From: an uncultured Gammaproteobacteria bacterium
GTDB taxonomy: Bacteria > Pseudomonadota > Gammaproteobacteria > UBA9214
Direction of reading: 5' to 3'
Assembly: GCA_963710815.1 (NCBI GenBank)
Contig: CAVQCA010000022.1
Location: 9,872 to 73,871 of the forward strand
Length of the DNA stretch: 64,000 nucleotides
Below the pieces are notes generated by a model. That model searched no databases, had not been told where the DNA came from, and saw nothing but the letters and a program-made list of their open reading frames with translations. Both the position numbers and the translations under genes were made by a program. Of the stretch, positions 54,497 through 64,000 are shown piece after piece (the first letter of the stretch is position 1; the number at the start of each line of letters is the position of its first letter).

Positions 54497-56257
54497 ATGC
54501 CGCGCATGTATCTAGATGAAATACTCGGGCCCGGTTCACGACCGCGCGCCTGGCTGCTGATTCTGACTGTCTCGATCCTGACGGCCTGTGCCCATCCCGG
54601 TGGCAAGGGCGCCGTGCGTCCTGAGCCCCAGGTGCCCGCCGCCCACGCCAAGTCGCCGGCCGCCAATCCGGAATCACTGACCGATCAAACACTGTTCGAC
54701 ATTCTGATGGGTGAAATCGCCGCCCAGCGGGGACGGCTCGACGTGTCGGCCACGCATTATCTGCAGGCCGCGATGAATTCGAACGACCCCCTGATCGCCG
54801 AGCGCGCAGTACAGATTGCCACATTCGCCAGGCAGTACGAAATCGCCCTGAAGGCGGCGCGCCGCTGGCTGGCGCTCGACAGCGGCAATGTCGAGGCGCG
54901 CAAGGTGGTTACCGCGCTGGCTCTGAAGGTCGGCGACATGGACGAGGTGGTCGAGCAACTGGATCATATCATCACGGCATCAAACGACCGCCAGCAGGGC
55001 TTCCACCTCGCGACGGTCATTCTGGCCCAGAATACGGACAAGAAGATCGCCCTGGGGGCCATGGAAAAGCTCGCTGCACGTTTTCCCGACAGCGTCGATG
55101 CCCGGCTCGCGGTCTGCCGGATCGCCATCCTGGCGCAGGACATGGGTCGGGCGCAGACAGCGATCGATCAGGCGCTGCAGATGCGGCCGGGTGATCCGCA
55201 GGCTCTGATTCTCAAGGCGCAGATCCTGATCAGCCAGGACAGGAAGCCGCAGGCCATGAAGGTGCTCGAGGAGGCGGTCGCCCAACACCCGCGGAGCGCC
55301 GACCTGCATCTCGCCTATGGGCGGATGCTGCTCGATGCCGATAACGTGAAAGGCGCCAGGGAACAGTTCCGTCTCGTGGTGAAGCTCGCGCCCGGCAATA
55401 CCGACGCGATTTATTCACTGGCGTTGCTGGAACTGGAAACCCGTCAGCTGGACTCCGCCGAACGGCACCTGAAACAGCTGCTTGGCGTGGAAGACAAGCG
55501 TCAAAGCGCCTATTACTACCTCGGCTACGCGGCGCAGGAAAAAGGCGATAACAGCGCAGCGATAAAGTGGTTTGGCAAGGTCGATGAGGATAGCGAATAC
55601 TGGACCCAGTCCCGACTGCGCATGGCGAAAATCCTCGCCGGGGAGGGGAAGCTCGATGAGGTGCGCAAGGAGATGCAGGCGCTGCGTCGGGACAATCCGG
55701 AAAATGCCGTCGAATATTACCTGGTCGAGGGGCAGGTATTGTCCGACCTGGCGAAGTACCAGGAGGCCTTCGACCTTTACGCCGAGGCGCTGGAGGGCAA
55801 CCCCCGGGATGAGGACCTGCTCTACGCGCAGGCGCTGACCGCCGAACAGCTCGGTCGCGTCAGTGTCGCCGAGAAATACATGCGGCAGATTCTCAAGCAG
55901 GATCCGGACAACGTAAAGACGCTCAACGCCCTCGGCTATACCCTGGCCGACCGCACCAACCGTTACGCCGAGGCGCAGAAGTATATCGAGAAGGCCTATG
56001 CGAAGAAACCCGACGATCCGGCCATCATCGACAGCATGGGTTGGCTGCAGTATCGGCTTGGCCACCTCCAGGAGGCGCGGCGCTACTTGCAGAAGGCCTA
56101 TGACAAGACCGGCGACGCGGAAATCGGCGCGCATCTCGGTGAGGTCCTGTGGATGCTGGGAGACCATGCGGGCGCGCGCCGGGTGTGGCAAGAGTCCCTC
56201 AAGGCGGCACCCGATGATCCGGTTCTCAAGAAAACCATCAACCGCTTCAAGCCGTGA
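54497..56257 (+). CDS. TPR-repeat lipoprotein
   Basis: LTAC lipobox, TPR patterns, LNALGYTLADR, IIDSMGW, AHLGEVLW; upstream of lolB. Confidence 0.9.
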   Translation: MPRMYLDEILGPGSRPRAWLLILTVSILTACAHPGGKGAVRPEPQVPAAHAKSPAANPESLTDQTLFDILMGEIAAQRGRLDVSATHYLQAAMNSNDPLIAERAVQIATFARQYEIALKAARRWLALDSGNVEARKVVTALALKVGDMDEVVEQLDHIITASNDRQQGFHLATVILAQNTDKKIALGAMEKLAARFPDSVDARLAVCRIAILAQDMGRAQTAIDQALQMRPGDPQALILKAQILISQDRKPQAMKVLEEAVAQHPRSADLHLAYGRMLLDADNVKGAREQFRLVVKLAPGNTDAIYSLALLELETRQLDSAERHLKQLLGVEDKRQSAYYYLGYAAQEKGDNSAAIKWFGKVDEDSEYWTQSRLRMAKILAGEGKLDEVRKEMQALRRDNPENAVEYYLVEGQVLSDLAKYQEAFDLYAEALEGNPRDEDLLYAQALTAEQLGRVSVAEKYMRQILKQDPDNVKTLNALGYTLADRTNRYAEAQKYIEKAYAKKPDDPAIIDSMGWLQYRLGHLQEARRYLQKAYDKTGDAEIGAHLGEVLWMLGDHAGARRVWQESLKAAPDDPVLKKTINRFKP

Positions 56258-56260
56258 GAA

Positions 56261-56890
56261 ATGCGGGTTAGGAGCCTGGCGCTTTCCCTGTTGCTGACAC
56301 TGGCGGGTTGTGCAACCCAGCAAGCGCGTGAGGCAGCGCCCACGGCCCTCGACCTCGCTTCACCACAGTATGCCCACTGGCAGATCAAGGGTCGGGTGTC
56401 GCTGAGCAAGGACAAGCAGGGATGGCATGCCAGCCTCGACTGGCGTGAGGATGCGGGGCACTATCGTCTGGACCTGAGCGGCCCGCTGGGACAGGGCGCA
56501 GTGCGCGTCGAGGGCGACAGCGCGGGCGTCAGGCTGCAGACGGCTGACGGGCGCGAGTACGTCGCGCAGGATGTGGACACCCTGGTGCAATCGGTGACGG
56601 GCTGGCGGTTCCCCGTGGCGGGTATCCGCTACTGGGTGCGGGGTGTCCCGGTACCCGGGAAAGTGGCGATGATCACCACCGACAGTAATGGACGGCTGGT
56701 TCGCCTGGTGCAATCCGGCTGGGACATCACCTATGAGCGCTTCGAGGATCAGGGCGGACGTGCCTGGCCAACCCGCATGAGCATGACCACGAAAGATATC
56801 AGAGTGCGCCTCGTGGTCGATGAATGGACACTGGGCGATGTACCGCATGAGGCATCGCCGAAGGCGGTGTCCGGTCCTCCACCAACATGA
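56261..56890 (+). CDS. lolB: Outer-membrane lipoprotein LolB
   Basis: LAGC lipobox, LSGPLGQG, YWVRGVP, QSGWDITY. Confidence 0.92.
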   Translation: MRVRSLALSLLLTLAGCATQQAREAAPTALDLASPQYAHWQIKGRVSLSKDKQGWHASLDWREDAGHYRLDLSGPLGQGAVRVEGDSAGVRLQTADGREYVAQDVDTLVQSVTGWRFPVAGIRYWVRGVPVPGKVAMITTDSNGRLVRLVQSGWDITYERFEDQGGRAWPTRMSMTTKDIRVRLVVDEWTLGDVPHEASPKAVSGPPPT

Positions 56891-57780
56891 GCAGGCCGGT
56901 GATCCCGGCCGGTGCGCTGGGACCCTGGCCGGCGCCGGCCAAGCTCAACCTGTTCCTTCATATCACCGGGCGGCGTGATGACGGTTATCACACCCTGCAG
57001 ACGGTTTTCCAGTTTCTGGACCATGCCGACCAGTTATCCTTTTCCCTTCGCTCCGACAACGCGATTCACTGCTTCGGCGGCCCGCCCGGGATGCCTGTCG
57101 AGAAAGACCTTTGCGTGCGCGCCGCCCGCCTCCTGCAGGAGGCGGCGGGTATCGGAAAGGGTGTTGATATCTATAATGAAAAACGACTTCCCGTCGGCGG
57201 TGGTCTGGGCGGGGGAAGTTCCGACGCGGCCACCACCCTGTGGGTGCTGAACCGGTTGTGGGGTGCCGGACTGGAACCGGCTCAGCTGGCCGATCTTGGA
57301 CTGCGTCTGGGCGCCGACGTGCCGGTGTTTCTCTTCGGACGGGCGGCCTGGGCGGAAGGTGTGGGTGAACTGCTGACCCCGGTTGATCCGCCGCGGCCCT
57401 GGTACGTGGTGGTCAACCCGGAGGTAAGCGTCTCAACGGCCGCTGTATTCTCAGATCCTGAATTGACACGGGACAGTTCACGGATGACAATACGCGACTT
57501 TCCTTCGAGCGGTGGACATAATGACTGCGAAGCCGTTGTCAGGCGCAGGTATCCCGCCGTCGCGGCGGCGCTCGATTGGTTGAACCGGGCTTCACCGGCG
57601 CGTATGACCGGCACCGGGGCCTGTGTGTTTGCGGCCTTCGCCTCGCAGGCACAGGCACAGGCGGTCGAGCGGAGGGTACCCGCCGGATGGACCGTTTTTG
57701 TCGCCCGCGGGCTCAACCGCTCGCCCCTGCACGAGGTGGCGGAGAGGGATCGCGTCGGCATCACGCGAGCGTCGCATTGA
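56887..57780 (+). CDS. ispE: CDP-ME kinase
   Basis: PAPAKLNLFL, GGGLGGGSSDAAT, LGADVPVF, MTGTGACVF. Confidence 0.97.
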   Translation: MSRPVIPAGALGPWPAPAKLNLFLHITGRRDDGYHTLQTVFQFLDHADQLSFSLRSDNAIHCFGGPPGMPVEKDLCVRAARLLQEAAGIGKGVDIYNEKRLPVGGGLGGGSSDAATTLWVLNRLWGAGLEPAQLADLGLRLGADVPVFLFGRAAWAEGVGELLTPVDPPRPWYVVVNPEVSVSTAAVFSDPELTRDSSRMTIRDFPSSGGHNDCEAVVRRRYPAVAAALDWLNRASPARMTGTGACVFAAFASQAQAQAVERRVPAGWTVFVARGLNRSPLHEVAERDRVGITRASH

Positions 57781-57788
57781 GAGATTAT

Positions 57789-57863
57789 TGGGACGTCGCC
57801 AAGTGGTAAGGCACGGGGTTTTGATCCCCGCATTCGCAGGTTCGAATCCTGCCGTCCCAGCCA
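57789..57863 (+). tRNA. tRNA-Gln(TTG)
   Basis: TGGGACG acceptor, CGGGG-TTTTGAT-CCCCG anticodon arm, GGTTCGAATCC, CCA. Confidence 0.97.
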
Positions 57864-58043
57864 GCACGACCAGCGCCGCAGGCGCTGGTTTGAAACAGGC
57901 GGACGGCGGGATGAGAACCTCAAGGTTCGACTCGAGCGCGCAGCGCGAGAGAACGGCGGGAGCGAAGCGGACGCCGGCCCCGCAGGGGCGAGGGGCGCAG
58001 GCCCGAGTAATCCTGCCGTCCCGGCCAGCACGACCAGCGCCGC
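57845..58043 (+). repeat. tRNA 3'-end duplication, 35-bp direct repeat with 164-bp period
   Basis: AATCCTGCCGTCCC(A/G)GCCAGCACGACCAGCGCCGC at 57845-57879 and 58009-58043 (34/35). Confidence 0.9.
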
Positions 58044-58102
58044 GGACGCGGTGATGGCCGGTAACACTAACCGATTTCGTTGACTGCGAAACAGAGTGGA
58101 TT

Positions 58103-59077
58103 ATGAAGGGGTTGCCTGTGGCGGTTGATGATGGGCGGATGATGGTGTTCACCGGCAACGCCAACCGCAAACTGGCGCAGGACATCGTGAACCAGCTGCG
58201 CCTGAATCTGGGCAACGCGGTTATCGAACGATTCAGCGACGGTGAGGTCCACGTCGAGATCATGGAAAACGTGCGCGGCCGGGACGTCTTTATCGTCCAG
58301 CCGACCTGCGCGCCGACCAATGACAACCTGATGGAGCTGCTGGTGATCATCGATGCCCTGCGGAGGGCCTCGGCCTGGCGTATCACCGCCGTGGTCCCGT
58401 ACTTCGGTTACGCGCGCCAGGACCGCCGCCCGCGCTCGGCGCGGGTGCCGATCACCGCCAAGGTGGTGGCGCAGATGATCAGCACCGTGAAGGCCGACCG
58501 GGTGTTGACGGTGGACCTGCATTCCGAACAGCTTCAGGGATTTTTCGATATCCCGGTGGATAATGTGTACGCCTCGCCGATCCTGCTGGGCGATATCTGG
58601 CGGCAGAAACACCCGGATCTGGTAGTGGTCTCGCCCGACGTCGGCGGTGTAGTCAGAGCGCGCGCGCTGGCCAAGCGGCTGGATGACGCCGATCTGGCGA
58701 TCATCGACAAGCGCCGGCCCAAGCCGAACGTGTCCAAGGTGATGAACATCATCGGCGAGGTTGAAGGGCGCAGTTGCGTCATGATCGACGATCTGGTCGA
58801 TACCGCCGGCACCCTGTGCCGGGCCGCCGAGGCGCTGAAACACGAGGGAGCGAAACGGGTGCTTGCCTATTGCACCCATCCCGTACTCTCCGGCAGGGCG
58901 GTGCGGAATATCGAGGAATCGGTACTCGATGAGCTGGTGGTGACCGACACCATACCCTTGTCGGAGAGCGCGCAGGCCTGCGGGCGCATCCGCCAGCTGA
59001 GTATTGCCGCGATGCTCGCGGAGACCATGCGCCGCGTCAGCATGGAAGAGTCCGTCAGCTCGATGTATATGGATTGA
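58103..59077 (+). CDS. prs: Ribose-phosphate pyrophosphokinase (true start may be slightly downstream)
   Basis: [36 protein letters not shown]. Confidence 0.98.
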   Translation: MKGLPVAVDDGRMMVFTGNANRKLAQDIVNQLRLNLGNAVIERFSDGEVHVEIMENVRGRDVFIVQPTCAPTNDNLMELLVIIDALRRASAWRITAVVPYFGYARQDRRPRSARVPITAKVVAQMISTVKADRVLTVDLHSEQLQGFFDIPVDNVYASPILLGDIWRQKHPDLVVVSPDVGGVVRARALAKRLDDADLAIIDKRRPKPNVSKVMNIIGEVEGRSCVMIDDLVDTAGTLCRAAEALKHEGAKRVLAYCTHPVLSGRAVRNIEESVLDELVVTDTIPLSESAQACGRIRQLSIAAMLAETMRRVSMEESVSSMYMD

Positions 59078-59142
59078 CGCATGGTTAAACACGGACGCAT
59101 CCCGGCGGCTCGTCAGGCCCCGGGACGCGTCCGTACCCTGTC

Positions 59143-59162
59143 TTCGCCTGGTCGCGGGTGAA
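59143..59162 (+). promoter_or_regulatory. Possible L25 leader hairpin
   Basis: TTCGCC-TGGTCGCG-GGTGAA hairpin upstream of rplY; resemblance to the gammaproteobacterial L25 leader is from recall. Confidence 0.4.
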
Positions 59163-59205
59163 GACGAAACCCGCGCCGCAAGGCGTTTTTTTCCGGAGAT
59201 GAAAC

Positions 59206-59865
59206 ATGGCAGTCAGCTTTGAACTCAATGCGGAGCCGCGTAACGACATGGGTAAGGGTGCGAGCCGCCGCCTGCGTCGTGCCGGCATGGTGCCCGCCAT
59301 CCTGTATGGTGGCAATGATGAACCCCGGGCGATTACCCTGATTCACAACCAGTTGCTGCGCAATCTGGAGCACGAGGCGTTCTATTCCCACATTCTCACC
59401 GTCAACATGGGTGGTACGGGTACGCATGCGGTACTACGCGACGTGCAGCGCCATCCCAGCAAACCGACCATCCTGCATGTCGACCTGCAGCGCATCAGCG
59501 CGATGGAGAAACTGCGCATGCATGTGCCCCTGCACATCATCGGTGAGGACATTGCACCGGGCATCAAGCTCGGCGGCGGTATGGTCATGCACGAACTCGT
59601 CGAAGTGGAAATCGAGTGTCTGCCCCAGGATCTGCCGGAATACATCGAGGTGGATATCTCCACACTCGAAGTGGGCGACGCACTGCACCTTTCGAATTTG
59701 AAGGTTCCGCAGGGTATGACGCTGGTCGAGCTGGCCCGTGGCCCGGACCATGACCTCGCCGTGGTGTCGATCCACGCCCGTCGTGGCGGCGGTGAGGATG
59801 AGGTCGCCGCCCCCGTCGCCGAGGACGGATCATCCGCCGAAGGTTCAGGCTCGGCCAAGCCTTGA
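59206..59865 (+). CDS. rplY: 50S ribosomal protein L25/Ctc
   Basis: [40 protein letters not shown]. Confidence 0.97.
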   Translation: MAVSFELNAEPRNDMGKGASRRLRRAGMVPAILYGGNDEPRAITLIHNQLLRNLEHEAFYSHILTVNMGGTGTHAVLRDVQRHPSKPTILHVDLQRISAMEKLRMHVPLHIIGEDIAPGIKLGGGMVMHELVEVEIECLPQDLPEYIEVDISTLEVGDALHLSNLKVPQGMTLVELARGPDHDLAVVSIHARRGGGEDEVAAPVAEDGSSAEGSGSAKP

Positions 59866-60440
59866 CGGCGATCCGGCTCGTCGCCGGGCTGGGAAACCCC
59901 GGGACAAAGTACCAACAGACCCGGCATAACGCCGGGTTCTGGTTCGTGGACGAGGTCGCGCGCCGCTATGCGGTCCGGTTTCGCACCGAATCCCGCTTTG
60001 CGAGCGAGGTGGCCAGCTGCCAGATCGACGGACAGGAATGCCGCCTGCAGAAACCGCAGGATTTCATGAACCGCAGCGGTCGGCCGGTGGCTGCGCTCGC
60101 CGCGTTTTACCGCATTCCGCGTCCCGCCATTCTCGTGGTGCACGATGATCTCGACCTGCCTCCCGGTACGGTGCGACTCAAGCAGGACGGTGGTCACGGC
60201 GGACACAATGGCCTGCGTGACCTGATTCCCAGTCTCGGCGGCAATGATTTCCTGCGGCTGCGTATCGGCATCGGGCATCCCGGTCATCGTGACGACGTGA
60301 TCGGCTACGTGCTCAGACCCGCCACGCGGGAAGAGCAGGCGGCCATCGAGGCGGCCATCGAGGCGGCGCTCGGGGTGTTGCCCGCTGTCATTACCGGCAA
60401 CCTGGAAGCCGCCATGAAGGTGCTGCATACCGCTAGATAG
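59862..60440 (+). CDS. pth: Peptidyl-tRNA hydrolase
   Basis: [37 protein letters not shown]. Confidence 0.97.
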   Translation: MTAIRLVAGLGNPGTKYQQTRHNAGFWFVDEVARRYAVRFRTESRFASEVASCQIDGQECRLQKPQDFMNRSGRPVAALAAFYRIPRPAILVVHDDLDLPPGTVRLKQDGGHGGHNGLRDLIPSLGGNDFLRLRIGIGHPGHRDDVIGYVLRPATREEQAAIEAAIEAALGVLPAVITGNLEAAMKVLHTAR

Positions 60441-60569
60441 TGTCTGTCCATAAACACCGTTTTCACCGCAAAGACGCAAAGGACGCAGAGAAATTCTTTA
60501 ACGAAAACAATTAAACACTTTGCGCTCTTTGCGGCTTTGCGGTGAGTTTATTTCTTTATGGATGGCCAC
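60440..60569. mobile_element. Composite MITE: outer TIR plus CGCAAAG hairpin (60463-60545)
   Basis: GTGTCTGTCCATAAA / TTTATGGATGGCCAC (12/15); flanked by TA (extendable to TAGATA) on both sides. Confidence 0.8.
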
Positions 60570-60572
60570 TAG

Positions 60573-60635
60573 ATAAGGTGCGCCGTGCGCACCGTGAATG
60601 TTTAAAAACCTCCTGGTGCGCATGGCGCACCCTAC
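60573..60635. repeat. GTAG-family REP doublet, second copy
   Basis: GGTGCGCCGTGCGCACC ... GGTGCGCATGGCGCACCCTAC. Confidence 0.82.
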
Positions 60636-60644
60636 GGGATAACT

Positions 60645-61736
60645 ATGAGCGTCAAATGCGGCATCGTCGGCCTGCCCAACGTCGGCAAGTCCACCCTGTT
60701 CAACGCCCTCACCGAGGCGGGCATCCAGGCGGAGAACTACCCGTTCTGCACCATCGACCCCAATGTCGGCATCGTGCCGGTGCCGGACACGCGCCTCGAC
60801 CAGCTGGCGGAGATCGCGAAGCCACAGAAGGTTCTGCACACTACAATGGAATTCGTCGACATCGCCGGGCTGGTGGCCGGGGCCTCGAAGGGTGAGGGTC
60901 TGGGCAACAAGTTCCTCGCCAACATTCGCGAGACCGATGCCATCTGCCATGTGGTGCGCTGCTTCGAAGACGAAAACGTGGTACATGTGAGCGGGGGCAT
61001 CGACCCGGTGCGCGACATCGAGGTCATCAACACCGAGCTGGCGCTGGCCGACCTGGAGACCGTGGAGAAGGGCATCAACCGTACCGCAAAAGCCGCGAAG
61101 AGCGGGGATAAGGAAGCACGCGCCCGGCTGAATCTGCTCGAAGCCGTGCGCGCGCATCTCGACACCGGGCACATGGTCATCAGCATGGGCCTGGACGAGG
61201 AACAGCAGCAGGGCATTTTCGACCTGCACCTGTTGACCGCGAAGCCGGTGATGTATGTCGCCAATGTCCGGGAGGACGGATTCGAGAACAACCCCTACCT
61301 GAAAGCGGTGCGCGGCATCGCGCGCGAACAGGGGTCCGAGACGGTCACCGTGTGCGCCTCCATCGAGGCCGAACTGGTCGAACTGGAGGCCGCCGAACGC
61401 AAGGACTATCTCGACGAACTGGGCATCTCGGAGCCGGGTCTCAACCGCGTGATCCGTGCTGGCTACAAATTACTCGGCCTGCAGACCTATTTCACCGTTG
61501 GCCCCAAGGAGGTGCGCGCCTGGACGGTGAAAATCGGCGCCACCGCCCCGCAGGCCGCGGGCGCCATTCACACCGATTTCGAGAAGGGCTTCATCCGTGC
61601 CGAAGTGGTTTCCTACGAGGACTTCATCGTCTGCCACGGCGAGCACGGCGCGAAGGAGGCCGGCAAGCTGCGCCTGGAAGGCAAGGACTACATCGTCAGG
61701 GACGGCGACGTCATGCACTTCCGTTTCAACGTGTAA
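60645..61736 (+). CDS. ychF: Redox-regulated ATPase YchF
   Basis: [52 protein letters not shown]. Confidence 0.98.
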   Translation: MSVKCGIVGLPNVGKSTLFNALTEAGIQAENYPFCTIDPNVGIVPVPDTRLDQLAEIAKPQKVLHTTMEFVDIAGLVAGASKGEGLGNKFLANIRETDAICHVVRCFEDENVVHVSGGIDPVRDIEVINTELALADLETVEKGINRTAKAAKSGDKEARARLNLLEAVRAHLDTGHMVISMGLDEEQQQGIFDLHLLTAKPVMYVANVREDGFENNPYLKAVRGIAREQGSETVTVCASIEAELVELEAAERKDYLDELGISEPGLNRVIRAGYKLLGLQTYFTVGPKEVRAWTVKIGATAPQAAGAIHTDFEKGFIRAEVVSYEDFIVCHGEHGAKEAGKLRLEGKDYIVRDGDVMHFRFNV

Positions 61737-61918
61737 CCGGCCTGCCGGCAGGCTCCGGCCGCGAACATCTTCTCCACTTCCACGCGCGACTGTGCAGGGG
61801 CGATTCCGACCGCGCATATCCCGCCGTCAGAAAGGCGCCTGCGCCACTCGCATCCGCTTGAAGTCGCAACAGAACTTGTCCCGGGACGCCAACATCGGGT
61901 AATCTAGCGCCCCTTCAT

Positions 61919-61995
61919 GGCTACGTAGCTCAGCTGGTTAGAGCACAGCACTCATAATGCTGGGGTCGGTGGTTCAAGTCCACCCGTAGCCACCA
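61919..61995 (+). tRNA. tRNA-Met(CAT), elongator type
   Basis: GGCTACG acceptor, CAGCA-CTCATAA-TGCTG anticodon arm, CCA. Confidence 0.96.
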
Positions 61996-62125
61996 TTCAA
62001 ATTCAATGATTTATATAACCGGCTCTGTGCCGGTTTTTTCGTTGAACGTGCGGGGTAAGTGCGGAGGGTTGGGTTAGACGGAGAGGTTAGCGAGTTGATC
62101 CTGGCATCGATCGTCTTGCTCAGGG

Positions 62126-64000
62126 CTATTCCGCAGCAGTCTCGTCCCGCTTCGTATGGGTCCTGCTTTCCAGTAACCGGTTGATGGTCTGCACCAGCTC
62201 TTCGGCACGTGCCGGCTTTTGTAACAGCAAGCTGTTGTCCGGCAAGGCGTTCGTATCGCCAGGCAACGTTATGTCGCCAGTAAATATAATCGCGGGAATT
62301 AAACTGCCCGCCTTGGTCCGAAGTTGCTGGACCAGGTCCGTGCCCATGCATTCACCAGGCAAGCGGTAATCGGCAATGATCAGGTCAGGCTTTGGCGATT
62401 GAGGTTCGATGAGCGGCATGGCGGTTTCCGCGTCCGAGGCGGAAATTACTTTATAGCCCAGAGTTGTCAGCAGAATGCGATTAGCGTCAAGGACAACAGC
62501 ATCGTCCTCGATGAGCAGAATACTGCCGCCAGCTGGCGTACTATTCATCTCGACTGTTAATGGCGGTTCAGGATGTATCTCCTCAAGGCTGACGTCAACG
62601 AGGGGTACGTGGATTGTGAAGCCGCTACCCTTGCCCTCGACAGAGTTCATGTGGATCGGGTGGTTCAGGAGGTCTGCAATGCGTTTGACGATAGCCAGTC
62701 CAATACCTGTTCCTCTGCTGCGATCACGGGCCTGGTTGTCGAGCTGATAAAACTCCTCGAAGATGATCTCCTTCATGGCATCGGGTATACCAATACCGGT
62801 ATCGCGTACTTCAATTCCTAGAAGATCACCGCGGCGCTCGCACCCAATGACAACGCTTCCCCGCTGGGTGTATTTGATGGCGTTACTGATAAGATTCTGA
62901 AGTATTACCCGCAGCAGTGTGGGATCACTTTGTACTACTGCGGTGCATGGCATGACGTTAAATGTCAGCCCTTTCTCCATCGCACCCGGCTGGTACTGAT
63001 CTTCGAGTTGACTGAGCAATGTATCTATAGGGAAAGCTTTCATCCCGGGTGTGATAGTTCCGGTATCCAGCTGGCTGAGGCCAAGCAAACCCTCCAGAAT
63101 CTCTTGCATGGCTCGGGTTGATTCAATCAGTTGCTTGATGGATTTCGCTAGCACCGGGTCCGTGTTGCTTAATGCCAGAAAATCGGCGTGCGCAGTTATC
63201 GCCTGCAGGGGTTGTCTCATATCATGGCTGGCCGCAGCAAGAAACCGTGTCTTTGATATATTGGCTTCATCGGCGATCTGCTTTGCTTTAGCCAGCGTCT
63301 GTACCAGGTTCTTTCGTTCGGTGATGTCACGAGCAAAGATCGCAACCGCGTGCGGGTTTCCTTGCTCATCAAATACCGGGCAAAAGTTGTTGTCAAACCA
63401 GCGTCCCGCACGATAATCCTCGAATCGAACCGCCTTTCCGCTGTTGATTACCTCCTGTGCATGTTTCAGCCGCTTGCTTGCGACCGAGAGCGGCATAAAT
63501 GATACAAGCGGCTTGCCTGTCGCATCCTCAACGGTGCTGTTAAATCCGCGCGCCGCTCGTTCATTGACTATTTCCATATTGAAATTGGAATCCAGCAGCA
63601 CGACCACATCGTCGGTTGCCGCATTTATCAATGCCTTCAATCTCTCCTGACTCGTACGCAACGATTGTTCCGCTCGTTTGCGTGCGTTGATGTCGGTCGT
63701 AGTTCCGACCATGCGCAGAGGGTTGCCGTGTCGATCGCGCGTGACCACTTGACCGCGACCAAGGACCCATACCCAGGTGCCATCGATCCTGCGTAAACGG
63801 TGCTCCTTGTTCCATGTCGCTGTCTCGCCAGCCAGATGTGACCGCAATGTCTTTAAAGTGTGGGGCTTGTCCTCGGGATGGATCCTGTCTTCCCAGGTTG
63901 AATAGCTATCCGGGCTATTGTCTTCGCCGAGGATGTCACTCCAGCTCGGGCTGTAATACACATGTCCAGTGGTGATATCCCAGTCCCACAAACCGTCCTG
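62126..64000 (-). CDS. PAS-PAS hybrid sensor histidine kinase/receiver (5' end beyond window)
   Basis: WDWD..YYSP.W..IHPED PAS; FLAAASHDMRQP H-box; NLISNAIKYT, DTGIGI, GIGL; receiver LIEDD..DYRL..KP. Confidence 0.93.
   Translation of the reverse strand, partial: QDGLWDWDITTGHVYYSPSWSDILGEDNSPDSYSTWEDRIHPEDKPHTLKTLRSHLAGETATWNKEHRLRRIDGTWVWVLGRGQVVTRDRHGNPLRMVGTTTDINARKRAEQSLRTSQERLKALINAATDDVVVLLDSNFNMEIVNERAARGFNSTVEDATGKPLVSFMPLSVASKRLKHAQEVINSGKAVRFEDYRAGRWFDNNFCPVFDEQGNPHAVAIFARDITERKNLVQTLAKAKQIADEANISKTRFLAAASHDMRQPLQAITAHADFLALSNTDPVLAKSIKQLIESTRAMQEILEGLLGLSQLDTGTITPGMKAFPIDTLLSQLEDQYQPGAMEKGLTFNVMPCTAVVQSDPTLLRVILQNLISNAIKYTQRGSVVIGCERRGDLLGIEVRDTGIGIPDAMKEIIFEEFYQLDNQARDRSRGTGIGLAIVKRIADLLNHPIHMNSVEGKGSGFTIHVPLVDVSLEEIHPEPPLTVEMNSTPAGGSILLIEDDAVVLDANRILLTTLGYKVISASDAETAMPLIEPQSPKPDLIIADYRLPGECMGTDLVQQLRTKAGSLIPAIIFTGDITLPGDTNALPDNSLLLQKPARAEELVQTINRLLESRTHTKRDETAAE

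Overview
GC-rich gammaproteobacterial core chromosome; gene order suggests a Chromatiales-like lineage (inference). Gene content in order: murJ-ribF-ileS-lspA-fkpB-ispH; a type IV minor-pilin operon (fimU-pilV-pilW-pilX-pilY1-pilE); thiO, an Irr/Fur regulator, tRNA-Thr, typA, an orphan fimT, nadC, FKBP, a PilZ-TM-SPOR protein, usp, moxR-DUF58-transglutaminase, ispG, lexA (SOS box), purU; dat-dacA-rlpA-mltB-rodA-mrdA-mreDCB; gatCAB, pdxB, moeB; prmC-prfA-hemA; TPR-lolB-ispE-tRNA-Gln-prs-rplY-pth-ychF-tRNA-Met; and the start of an AT-richer island with a PAS hybrid kinase. The main signal is intergenic. A GxxExxY (PD-(D/E)xK-type) gene sits between ribF and ileS, bracketed by 28-bp inverted arms (TCAC-CGCAAAG x3). 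The same arms recur as eight gene-less 83-91 bp hairpins at gene junctions. This is a candidate REPIN/RAYT-like selfish system built on a nuclease rather than an HUH transposase. Several hairpins are nested in an outer TA-flanked inverted repeat. A second triple-heptamer hairpin family (CACGGAA) rides inside IS4-like MITEs with perfect 10-bp target duplications. Also seen: three homologous unannotated DRR microproteins, a duplicated fimT 3' end, an unusual PilY1, and a tRNA-Gln 3'-end duplication. The many frameshifts at 6.6-25.2 kb look like assembly errors.
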